The position numbers were made by a program, and so were the translations under genes. A stretch of 64,000 nt of DNA from Eledone cirrhosa (lineage: Eukaryota): positions 70,742,001-70,806,000 of the forward strand of contig OZ024746.1 of assembly GCA_964016885.1 (NCBI GenBank), read 5' to 3'. Positions 24,706 through 36,114 of the stretch are shown here, piece by piece (the first letter of the stretch is position 1; each line of letters opens with the position of its first letter). Below the pieces are notes generated by a model. It saw nothing but the letters and a program-made list of their open reading frames with translations, had not been told where the DNA came from and searched no databases.

Positions 24706-25743
24706 ACTTAATCAGTGTCTGGCAGAGTGAATAAATCACTGACCAAAATGCCTTGCTGTATTATATCCTTAATGTTCTGAGTTCAAATTCAACCTGCAAA
24801 GTCAACTTTGCCTTTTGTACTTCAGGGTGGAGATGAGAGTGAGGTAGGACAATGAAATAAGTACCTATCAAGTACTGAGGTTAATTAAAATGTACCTTAA
24901 TTAATATTGATTTCTAACATTTGAGATAGTGTATAGTGAATAAAATACTGATTATTATTATAATGCCATTTAAATTAATCCTTTTAATACCAACCTGGTC
25001 AAAACCAGTTCTGGTTCTATAAAACAAAACCACCCATTTTAAAGAGTTCTTATTTAAATGAAAATCCTCCAACATAATTTCATGAAAAAACCTTGTTAAC
25101 CCTTTAGCAATTAAAAAGGCCATAGTCAGCCAGAATTCTCTCCCCTCTTTCTGTTCAAACCAATTGTAACTGGTCACTCATACTTATGTTAAGGTATTGT
25201 TCTGAAAATAAATAACATCAACATCTCGTAGCTTTGATATTATGTGAAATAATTAAGTGAGATAAAGACTTTACCACAAAAATACAATAGTAAATATAGA
25301 GTAAACGGTTAAGTTGCAATTTTAGAAATGAAATAATTAATTTTAATAAATCCCTCAAAATTCTTCATTAGTTAATTGAAATGGGTGTATTTTATTAGAT
25401 ATACGGTCATGAAATGGTTAAGCTCATTAGTTTAAATGAAAATTATAAAACAAGGAAATCAATTCAATAAGTGTTTTTGGCATTACCTAATATAGAAATT
25501 TATCAGATACAATTACATTAAAACTAGTTTCTTTTAATCAAAACAATTATTAAATGATAATTGTTTTGTTTGTGTATTCCTGAAAGTGTCAAATACCTAT
25601 TTGTTGAAATCTACTTAAAGTTTAACCAATCATTAACATGATCAAGGCAACATCTACAGGATATAACAGGAGCTTGAGTTAAGATAAAAACTACCAAGAG
25701 CAGATAACAAAGTAAATGACATGAAATATCTATTTTAAAATAT

Positions 25744-26165
25744 TTAACCCTTTCTACTCTATAGTTACTATTATATTTTCATGGTAAAGGCTTTATCATC
25801 ATCATCACCGTTTTACGTCCGTTCTTCCACGCTAGCATGGGTTAGACGGGTTGTCCTGTTGTGGGCAGTGTCTGGTCGGCTGACCATGCCTTGCTCATAC
25901 AGGAACTGATTTGGCTTGGTTTCTACAGCTGGATGCCCTTCCTAACACCAGCCTCATTTACAGTGAGTGCTGGGTGCTTTTTCGTGGCGCCTACACTTAT
26001 CTCAATTAATTATCTCACATAATATCGAATCTATGAGATTTTGATATTATTTATTTTGAGAACCATACCATATATCAATATGAGTGGGCGGTTACAGCCA
26101 GTTTGAAAAGAAAGAGGTGAGATAATTCTGGCTGGATACGACTGGTTTAAATGCTAATGGGTTAA
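25744..26165. mobile_element. piggyBac-type MITE interrupted by a bipartite RTE-derived element (25796-~26005)
   Basis: TTAA|CCCTTT ... GGG|TTAA termini; the body matches 26801-27006 once the insert is removed. Confidence 0.75.
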
Positions 26166-26800
26166 ACATACTGATAATTTCAATAATATATTGAAGTATT
26201 TCTTGAATACTTTACTTTTTGTTTTTATTGTTTTAGATATGTTATACCATTTAAATAGTATTTTATTTTGATTTATATTTTATTCCTATAATATAAGATA
26301 AAACATTCATTCATGCTGAATTCAGATATTAGAAAATAAAGCAGTGATTGCAAACCTTTTTAGGCCAGCATGTTGAAATTTTAATTTTTTAATAATCTTG
26401 TACACATGTATTTTAGTTTTAGATAAATGATTATAGATAATTATCTATTATAATTAGCCTATTTTACTAATATATCATAAAACTATGAGTTTTAATAAAA
26501 GAATTGAAAATATAAAACATAACTTTAAGAGTAGTATAATAAAGTAAAATTTAGAAGGTTCCTTTAACTTGAATGACCTTTTCAAAGTCCATTGTATGTC
26601 ACTGCTCACACACATCATAGGTTCACAATGATTGACATTGAGCCTCACAGATGGTTATACTGAGTGTGTATACTATGTCAGTAGCATAGCTAGCAGGGAA
26701 CCCATCCATTGGGGTCTGTTGAATATATTTGAGTGAGGAGATGGGGGCAAACATAATGGCTACTCTGGGAGGCACACACTTTTGCCATGCCACTGCTATA

Positions 26801-27006
26801 TTAACCGTTTAGCATTTACATTACTCTATATTTACTATTGTATTTTTGTGGTAAAGGCTTTATCTTTAATCTACAAGATTTTGATGTTATTTATTTTAAG
26901 AACAATACCTTAATGTCAGTATGAGTGGCCAGTTACAGCTGGTTCGAACAAAAAGAGGTGAGGGAATTCTGGCCAGATACGGACGGTTTAAATGCTAAAG
27001 GGTTAA
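26801..27006. mobile_element. piggyBac-type MITE
   Basis: TTAA TSD; TIRs ccgtttagcatttac / gtttaaatgctaaaggg. Confidence 0.85.
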
Positions 27007-27044
27007 AGATTAACTTAATCTATGACAGTGTTTCAAAATAGGCA

Positions 27045-27303
27045 TTAACTCTTTTGATATGAAACTGCCTTAAACCGTCTGTGGTTCTATGTTACAAAAC
27101 TGTTTATTTAAAAATAAATATATTTATCTAAAAAACCTTCCATCATAATTTTATGTAAGAACATTCGTTATGTTCCAAACACAAGCTTAATAATCAGAAA
27201 GTTAGTTATGTACTACTAAATCCCTCTAAATTCTTGATTATTTTCAAAATGATTTTTAAAAATCATAAGCAATATTTTAGAAATATGGCCATGAAAGGGT
27301 TAA
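27045..27303. mobile_element. piggyBac-type MITE, second family
   Basis: ttaactcttttgatat ... catgaaagggttaa; related sequence at ~1280-1875, ~2995-3260, ~24975-25420 and ~30970. Confidence 0.65.
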
Positions 27304-27659
27304 CAAATGATAATGATGACTATGGTAGTAATGAAAGAGGATAAAAAAGTAGAGGGGAAAGAAGGGAAGATGAAAATTATTTCTAAAAAAGTTGAAAGTT
27401 TCTTAGTAAATGATTTCAGACAGATTAAGCATTGTTGTATTTGCAGATATAAAATCAACTCTTTTCTGGAGCAGAGAGTTTCATAACTCCAGTGTTTCTA
27501 TTGTTAAATGGAAGATAAACCTCTTTTTGGATGGGATGCTAGTCTAAAACGTGAGGAAAAATATTACGGGTTAGTTAACCAAAAATATTTTTTATTAAAC
27601 TGACTGATTATTTCTAACATAGAAAACACTGGAAATAATCAAACTTGCTCTTTTATTCA

Positions 27660-27875
27660 TTAACCCTTTAGCATTTACATTACTCTATATATGCTATTGT
27701 ATTTTTGCAATAAAGGCTTTATTTCACATAATATCGAATCTATGAGATTTTGATATTACTTATTTTGAGAACAATATCTTAAAGTCAGTATGAGTGGCTA
27801 GTTACGGCAAGTTTGAACAGAAAGAGGTGAGAGAATTCTGGCCGGATATGGCCGGTTTAAATGCTCATAGGTTAA
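27660..27875. mobile_element. piggyBac-type MITE
   Basis: TTAA TSD; TIR ccctttagcattta; highly similar to 26801-27006. Confidence 0.85.
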
Positions 27876-28599
27876 ATATGTGGTCAGTAATACTTTATAT
27901 AAAAGTAGCACTTGGCTCAATGCAGTACCCTCTTCATTGACTTTGCACCCTTCTTAACAAGAAGTACACATGCATCAGTTGACTACAGTTCAGTCTCTGC
28001 TTGAGTGACCTACATAATGAAGGATCTCTACCTGTCTCCTACAATTTGTGATCCAGTTGTTCAATCAGCGGAGCAGTCTGGTGCATGATCATTCTAAAGA
28101 GATTTTAGTTTATCATAACAGTACTTATTTACTGATCTCTTTTTGTTGAACAGCTAAGTTATGGGATATAACACCCATATATACAGATTTGAGCTATAAT
28201 AGAAGACACTTGCCCAAAGTGCTGTGCAGTGGGACTCAACCCAGAACCGCATAGTTGTGAAACAAACTCTTTAACTATACTGCCATGTCTGTGTCTTGTT
28301 CCAACAGTTAATGTAAATATATATATGGTGGTCTTTGATGATTTTTGTGGGGTTCAAAGTTTTTTGCTAGATGCCTTTTCTATAACCAATCTATATTTAG
28401 TGTGGACTAGGTGCATTATATCATGTGACCAGCACTAAAGATTTGTCTATCAGGACATAAGGGACTTCTTTACTCTATGTCAGTTTTAATTCAGAGTAAC
28501 TTCTCACCTAAATGGGCTGCTTCCCCAGCAGCTTACAGAGCACATGTAAAATAAAAAGAAAAAAGAAAGGATGACAAATAACCAACAAACATGTCTTAC

Positions 28600-28648
28600 T
28601 GTATTATCAGTTTGATAACTTATTTGAAATGGTTTTTTGAAGGCAAAA
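28600..28648 (-). CDS. JMJD8: JMJD8 coding exon 3
   Basis: Acceptor tttcttctttttcAG, donor GTAAGA; 49 bp; FAFKKPFQISYQTDNT, comparable to human YAFVRPVILQGLTDNS. Confidence 0.88.
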
Positions 28649-29849
28649 CTGAAAAAGAAGAAATCTAAATTAGATGAAATGACAATAAATACAAAATAAA
28701 TAAAAATTAAAATAGTATTTGTTCATAAAAAAATAATCTAACAACTGCATCTGTGGAAAAATACACACCTCTATACTGTTATGTTTTTCATTTTTTTTTT
28801 TAAGTTTATAATATATTACTAAATTTTATAATACATTACAAAATAATATTAAATTTTATAATATATTATTACACTGTAAAATATATTATTAAATTGTATA
28901 ATATATTAAATTTTATAATACATTATTATATTTTATAATGTATAATTAAATTTAATAATACATTATTAATATATAACATATAATAAAGTATCAAAATTTA
29001 TTTTTGAACTTCTACAACTTGATAAATAAGTAGAATCCTTAAAGTAACTCAGCAGTTCAGGAAGAATTTACCCCGCCTTTTCCATTTCCTTTTTAAAGTA
29101 TATTAGCTACTTTTAATGAGGAGTTACAATAGCTAAGTGCATAATGGGTTGATCTCATGAACCTACAGTTGCTTATTTATTTATTTATTTTTGCATTCTA
29201 CCCTAGGTTAAGATAAAAAAAAAAACCTCCCACTTAACCAATAACATCGGTGCCATTCAGGATGCTCAAACCAAAGACAGAATTTATATACGAGATACTC
29301 AATAAAGCAGTTACATTGCCCTCAATGAAACACTTTAAAATGGAGACCATGTTTCAAAAGTGGAAAAGTGGATATTAATATGATTGCAGCAGCTGCAATG
29401 ATGCTTGCATGTGTTAGATAATACCTTTTGAAGTAGGTTTTCTAAATCTGGATACCTTTTCAAATAGCAACCCATATCTTATTGAAAGTATGGTGGTATG
29501 GTATATATATTACTGACATTCATTGAACCACTACACTGCAGGATGTATTGCTTATATGGGACATAAACATGTCACTGTTAGCTTTTTTTATTTTTTATAT
29601 ATTAACAGTGTTTATAAGAACAAGATAAATTCTGCTGATGAGCTTCTAGATAGTTTCTGTCTACCAAATTTATCTCACTAGGCTTTGATTGACCTGAGGC
29701 TATGATATAAAACACTTTCCCAAGGTGCTGTGTAGTGAGATTTAACCTGACAGCACAATTGAAAAGCAGGTATCTTAACAAGACAGCCATACCATGCATG
29801 GGTTGTTCTCATATTATCATAGATTCATAATCTATCTCAGATTTAACTT

Positions 29850-30430
29850 ATTGAATAGCATTGACAAATGAGATAGATTATAATGTCTTTAATAATATGA
29901 CAAGAATTGTAGTAGCTGGTGCAGTAATACGCCAGTTTCAGCATTCGGTAATCAGAAGGGAGGTAGGTGTAAAAGCAAAACTCGCTATTTTCAATTCGGT
30001 ATTCATGCAAACCCTTACCAATGGTCATGAACCTTGAGTAATGACTGAAAGAATATGATGGCGAATACAAGCAGCCGAAATGGGTTTCCTCCAAAGGGTC
30101 TTTGGAGTAATGTTACTTAGCTCACAGATCAGACAGTCGCTCCAGGTAGAACTGCTACTTCTCCAAATTGAGCTTTGATATGGGCATGTGGTCAGAATGT
30201 TTCAGGAAAGTATCACTGGACAAATTTTATGGGCAAATCCAATCGGCAGAAGACTCAGGAGCAGACTCCGAACAAGATGGTTTGATCACATCCATGAGCT
30301 TTGCTGGTCTCGCTTGAGAATCCAGCCGGACCAGTTGGAGATGGTTGCTTCTGACAGGATCTGCTGGAAGGAGTGCTTGAGGACTGACCCCACGACCCTC
30401 TCAGGAATAAGTGGGCAAAGAAGAAGAAGA
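29850..30430 (+). mobile_element. RTE-clade (Expander/Rex3-like) LINE 3' end with (AAG)n tail
   Basis: ORF 30188..30475 VRMFQESITGQILWANPIGRRLRSRLRTRWFDHIHELCWSRLRIQPDQLEMVASDRICW resembles the Expander-type C-terminus. Confidence 0.8.
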
Positions 30431-30435
30431 CTTAC

Positions 30436-30528
30436 TAAGTTAGAAAGCTATGCTGTGTTAAGGAGTTGTTTATGATGTCGATATTACAGGGTCCTGGTTT
30501 GGCCAGAATGGAGGCAGGATCTGTATAC
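30436..30528 (-). CDS. JMJD8: JMJD8 coding exon 2
   Basis: Acceptor ttattatgtatctAG, donor GTAAGT; 93 bp, phase 2/2; encodes (W)YTDPASILAKPGPCNIDIINNSLTQHSFLT(Y). Confidence 0.85.
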
Positions 30529-30664
30529 CTAGATACATAATAAAAAGAAGAAAAATTAGTAAATTAAGCAAGCTACTTGAGATGATTCATCACATCAAAG
30601 TGGCAAAGTATTCAACAGTGAGGTTGAAATTGCTAAAATATTGACTAAAATATGAAAGGCTTGA

Positions 30665-30790
30665 GGTTTAACCCTGCGATGGATTGGCATTCTGTCCAGG
30701 GGAGAGTCTTGTATTCTCAGTCGTTTCATGACATGCATGGAAACCGAGACAAGCACCCGTCTGATGGCCCTCTGGGTTCAAGACTTTTCT
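30665..30790 (+). mobile_element. SINE fragment with V-SINE/MESC-like core (second, minus-strand relative at ~34170-34400)
   Basis: aaccctgcgatggattggcattctgtccagggg...cagtcgtttcatg...gaaaccgag motif. Confidence 0.55.
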
Positions 30791-31371
30791 CCTGTTAGCA
30801 AAGGCTGGACTGGTCTTCACAGACTAAGTTAGTACTCAAGCAGAGCTTCAGACTTCTCAGATGGATGTCTTTCCTAATGCCTGAAAATTATTATAGTTTA
30901 CATATGAGACAATTCAAATCATATAACTAGTTTATAGATGTAAAAGAAATATCTCAGTGAAAGATTTTGACCCTTTTGATACCAAAATACCTAAAACTAC
31001 TGTTTGTTCTGTGATACAAACTGCCTGTTTTCAAGTGTTCATTGATTGATCAAGAAGATCCCAGACCTCATTCGCTTACTGAGTTGGATGGAACTCGTCA
31101 AATTGAACCAAAGAAATAATGTTTCCATTGCTGATACTATCTACCATTCACAACTTCTGGCATACTTATATTAAAATCTTCAAAAATAATTTTATATCAG
31201 AAATTTGTTAAGTAATGTTCGCAATATCAGCTTAATGATTTCTAAGTTAAACACAAGGCCAGAAAATTTTGGGGAAAGGCAAATTTGATTAAATTAACTC
31301 CAGTACTTGACTTATACTTTACTTTATTAACCTCTGATAATTAAAATACTTAATGAGCTGTTTGAAATGGA

Positions 31372-31655
31372 ATCTACTTTTCACATCTGGTCTGGGCCTA
31401 TAACCAACTCTAGGGGCATACATTTTACATCTGGCCTGAACCCATTACCAAATTTAAGGACCTACATTTTACACCTGGCCTGAGTCAATTACCAGCTTTA
31501 AGGACCTAATTTTTATATCTGGTCTGGCCTATTATCAAATTTGAGGATCTACATTTTACATCTGGTGTGGTCCTTTTACTAGATTTTAGGACTACATTTT
31601 ACATCTGGTCAGAGCCTATTACTAGCTTCGAGGACTTAAGTTTTACATCTGGTCT
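31372..31655. repeat. Diverged ~44-bp minisatellite, 6-7 copies
   Basis: Recurrent ctacattttacatctggcctg.gcctattacca.atttaagga. Confidence 0.85.
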
Positions 31656-34600
31656 GGATTGGCAGTATCGGTACAGCGTCAGACACCATGCTTTACAGCA
31701 TAGGATTATGGCCCTTTATGTTCTGAGTTCAAATCCCGCCAAGGTTAACTTTGCCTTTCATCCTTATGGGGTTGATAAAATGAAGTACCAGTAATGCACT
31801 GGAGTAATTGTTGGCCTTGTGCAAAAAAGTAGAAACAATCATTACCTTTGTAAACACCTAACTGAAGAATGAGGTGAAGATGGAAAAGTTTTGAAAAATT
31901 TCAACCTTTCAACTTTGTGAAATGAAATAAAACTGACAGGATTTACATTTGTTTATATAAACACTGCAGTTAGCTATTCTGTAAAATATGAGCTGATATG
32001 TCAGAGAATTCATATTTAGAAATAATATTGGCAACAGTAGAATTTTGTTAATCTTCTATTTGAATAACATCATTCAGGTTTTACGTTTGTGTTCCATGCT
32101 GGCATGAGTTGGATGGCTTATGTTCTAGATATGTCAGATGACTACATATTGATAACAGATTCCTGTTTGGCATGCTTTCTACTGCTGGATACCCTTTCTA
32201 ATGCCAACCACTTTACCATGTGGGTGTGTTTTATTGTGGCACTAGCACTATCACTTTAGTTTCAACTGAGTGCATTTTATTGTAGTATCACCACTCCCAT
32301 TTTGGGTTGGGTTTATTTTATTGTGATTTCAGCACAATTCTACTGTTTTACAGTTTGAGCTGGGTTTATTGTGGTTCTGGTTCTACCACTTTACAGAGTG
32401 GGCTGCATACATCCTATTAGTGTACTTTGTACCTTTGAATTGATTAGTTATTTAACTTACCTTTATTGTAAGTTGGCCTAAATAATTACATTTTACAAAT
32501 ACAGGTATACGCAAAAAAAAAAATATCAAAACCTTATTCTAAGAAAAGCATTAGAATAACAACACCCTGTTAATTCTCACTTATAACTCGTATTATTGAG
32601 AAATCATATTGAATATGCTATTCCTAGTATATTTTAGAACAATTCAATATTTGCACCAATACTGTTCATAGTTTTAATGTGTATATAATACATCGTTAAT
32701 TAGAATGTGGCTTTTTTAGATTCATGTGTTATTTTTCCCAATCAGAGAGAAAACTGGCAGTGTTGAGGTTTTTCTTAATGATGTAATTCAAAGTAGTATG
32801 AAGAAAATGGCCAGCACTATGGCAACAAGAGAAGTGTAGTCCAAACTTGTTGACAGTGACTCCACTGTGGCATTTGTATGACACCACATTGGCATTTGTG
32901 TGACTCACACATACAGAGGCCAAGGTACAGAACAACTCTAATCCAAGTGCACTCATCATCGAGAATGGTAGAGGTTGATAAAGAAAGCATTGAATTGAGC
33001 CATGTGCAGCTGTTTGGTTGCATATCAGATCAAAGAAGACATGTGATACAGAACTGGTTAACAGAACACTCAATCCTCATGCAGGTTGAACAGCATTTGA
33101 TATCATCCCAGTTGTGTTGGTAATCTGCACACTGCAAAGCAGTGAAGCCACCATTGTCATCAGTTCTCAGTTCACATTAGTTATGGAGAATCTTGTGAAT
33201 ATGGGCATGGGTGGAGATGATGGAGGAAAGATGAGCCAACAATGCTATGTCAGAAGCTGAGTAGAGGCTAAGGTCACCAAACCGCACAGGGAACTTTGAT
33301 TGTTGCCAGATGGTGTCATCGAAACTCATATTACAAATAAATTTAGCATATAATTAAATAGTGGTGTTGAATTTACCAAGGTGTTCTGTGTGGGCTTAGC
33401 ATGGTGTGATGTGCAGTAAAAAATGTTTTTAGGAAGGGCAAAGCAGTTCTTTAAATCTTAATGTCCTCTACTACATGAAACTGCATTAGCATTCTTGAAA
33501 AGTACAAAATAACACTATGACTGAATCACATTAAAAATTGAAGTCTTTATGGAAATATTGCATATTTTCAAAACAATCTGTCCGCTAGTAAACATATTCT
33601 AAATGTTTGAATTAACAAACCACATTAGCAAGATATTCTTGACAAGTACAAATGGCATTATGGCTGCATCATAATAATAATTAAAGCTATTACTTTAATA
33701 CTGCAAAAGATACTTTCAACATTTTAATTAAACTTTTTAAAGATATTTTCTGCTAAATCATTATAGGATGTTAAGAGTTAAAAAAAAGTATGGGATTTTT
33801 TTGGTACTGCAGGTGGTTTCTGAATATTGTGAGTGGGCAATCTAATCCAAAGAACGTATTTCAGGACACTTTTATATACACTATTTTCTAAATCTGAGAA
33901 TGTTTATCATTGAAAAGTAGGGGTGGGGCTGGGGCACATGGTAATCCTCATCCTTAATCTCTGGTGCAATAAGTTAGTTCGCCATGTCAGGTTATTTTGT
34001 TTGTCCTTCTTGGGTGGCTTTCCAGAAAATTGGTGAGGAAAGAATGCAAGCAACGTCTCTCAGAGTTAGTCACACCTCAGTCTGAACAGATTGAATGTTG
34101 CATACAGCGTCTGTGTTTTGCTGTAACTAACATTTACATCATACGTTTATCACCTCTGAATTGTTAGTCTGTTCTAAGCCGAAGCCCCATCAAGCCGGTG
34201 CTTACTCTCCAGTTTCCTTGGTGTTAAGCGACTCAGATTACAAGACTCTCCCTGGATAGGATGCTCAGCTGAGTGTACTGGAACAACGTGGAATAAAGTG
34301 TTTTGTTCAGGAACAGAACGTTGCAGCCTGTCCAGGAATCTAACCGGCAGCATTATGACCGTACGTCAAGCATCCTGGTCATTAAGCCATACGGCCTGAC
34401 ATGGGTGAAGAGTTAATGATGAGTAGGAGGAGCGATATGACGTGGCCATGTAGTGTCACACAACCTAGGTACCTAGACACTGAACGGTGAACACCTTGGG
34501 TTGGCAAAGTCATCAACAGTCACATCAAAGAAAAGTGGCTGGATGTAACAATATTGTCTAACTTATAACTATGTTTCATGAATTCTAAATAAACATCTTA

Positions 34601-35426
34601 GAACCAGATTGTCAGAGCGTAGCATTCGTGTGACAAACAGGATTGGCAGTATCGGTAGAGCGTCAGACACCAATGTTTGCAACATAGAGTTATGGCCCTT
34701 TGCCGTCTCAATTCAAATCCCGCCGAGGTTAACTTTGCCTTTCATCCTTATGAGACTGATAAAATAAAGCACCAGTAATGAACTGGGGTAATTGTTGGCC
34801 CTGTGCCAAACGTAGAAACAATTATAATATAGATTATATATAATCTTAATATTGTTGAATTGGCAATGGATGTAAAATATGTATGTATGGTCCCGTAACT
34901 CCTGATGGAGTCGTAGGGGCGCCGTATTGTATGTATGGTCCCGTAACTCCTGATGGAGTCGTAGGGGCACCGTATTAACATACGGCGTTTCTTGGGTATT
35001 TGAAGCCTGGCGGAGCCCATCCCTCTGCAGGAAAAATATAATAAGTTAAATAAAGATAGTTGAAACATATAGTTGGTAATTAAATAGCAATCGATTAATG
35101 CAATAGAGATTTCAATCGTATTATTACAGACTTGAAATATTTAAACTACTGCAACATTTCTGATCTATAAAAAAAAAGAAAAGAAAGAACATTTTTTTTT
35201 ATGATTTAAAAAAGATATAAATAGTTCTGAGAAGGAAACAATTGAAAAAAATATACAAAATAAGTTTATGAATTAAAAGATTTCCACACCTAACACTCAA
35301 AACGAACATATAATAATACAGATTTAATAATTAATCATATATTATTTCGACAGATGTGACATTAAGGCCATGTGTTTATATAAACAAACTGTAGAAAATA
35401 TATCAATAAAAGTATATTTCACCCAC

Positions 35427-35503
35427 CAGCCTCCATCATCAAAACTATAAACAGACGTGAATAATAATAATATCGGGTAGAGCAAACGGCAAAAACTAAT
35501 CAT
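35427..35503 (-). CDS. JMJD8: JMJD8 (JmjC domain-containing protein 8) coding exon 1, signal peptide
   Basis: ATG at 35503; encodes MISFCRLLYPILLLFTSVYSFDDGG(W), a hydrophobic leader ending in DGGW as in vertebrate JMJD8; donor TG|GTGGGT, phase 2 fits exon 2. Confidence 0.85.
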
Positions 35504-35800
35504 TTCTGTACAAATTGAAGCCTGCCACTATTAAAAAAATACACGATTTCTTCTAGAAAAAGACGACTCTTAATTACAGGTAGAAATTCAGATACGCATA
35601 TAAAGGCGTAAGTTTCTGAAAGACTAACACCGCCAATTCGTATCAATTCTATTACTTTTAACTTGCATTAAAATTAAATTTCATTCATTTATTTAATTAT
35701 GCATTTTGTTTAATTATCTTTTATATAAAAGTAATTACCTCTTTGCCAACCCAATCATTGAACTATTTGCTACCGGTTAAAATATAAATTTAGGGGATAT
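35504..35800 (-). promoter_or_regulatory. Putative JMJD8 5'UTR/promoter region
   Basis: Unique, relatively CpG-retaining sequence upstream of the ATG; possible acceptor tttgtacAG two nt before the ATG and donor AG|GTAATT near 35739 suggest a non-coding first exon; CCAAT near 35751. Confidence 0.35.
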
Positions 35801-36114
35801 AACTGCAGTTTCGTACTCTACCTAAAAACTTTATTTTCTCATAACTTTGAAAATAATTTTTTCTACTTTAGGCAGAAAGCTAACAATTTGAAGGGGAGGG
35901 GAATGTCAATTAAATCGACCGCAGTGAGTGATTGATACTTTATTTCATCGACCCCGTAAGGCTGAAAGGCAAAGCTAACCTCGGCGGGATTTGAACTCAG
36001 AACATAAAGGGACATAACTATGCCGCAAAGCATGGTGTTCGATGCTCTACGAATTCTGCCAATCCATTTTTAATAATATATTGAAATAACATTTTTCGAA
36101 TGTATAGATTATGA

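Noticed and set aside
29602-29645. Weak resemblance to JMJD8 exon 4 (ttataagaacaag)
   Set aside because: Too short and AT-rich, and adjoins a SINE; not a convincing duplicate.
32461-32477. Possible 17-nt microexon (tttAG...AAAG|GTAAGT, minus strand) in JMJD8 intron 1
   Set aside because: Exons 1 and 2 already join in frame; inclusion would shift the frame and there is no homology support. A poison exon cannot be excluded without RNA data.
34880-35030. Apparent acceptor and ORFs 34713..34970 and 34748..35068
   Set aside because: A 48-bp tandem duplication inside a repeat also seen near 54695-54795, plus SINE sequence.
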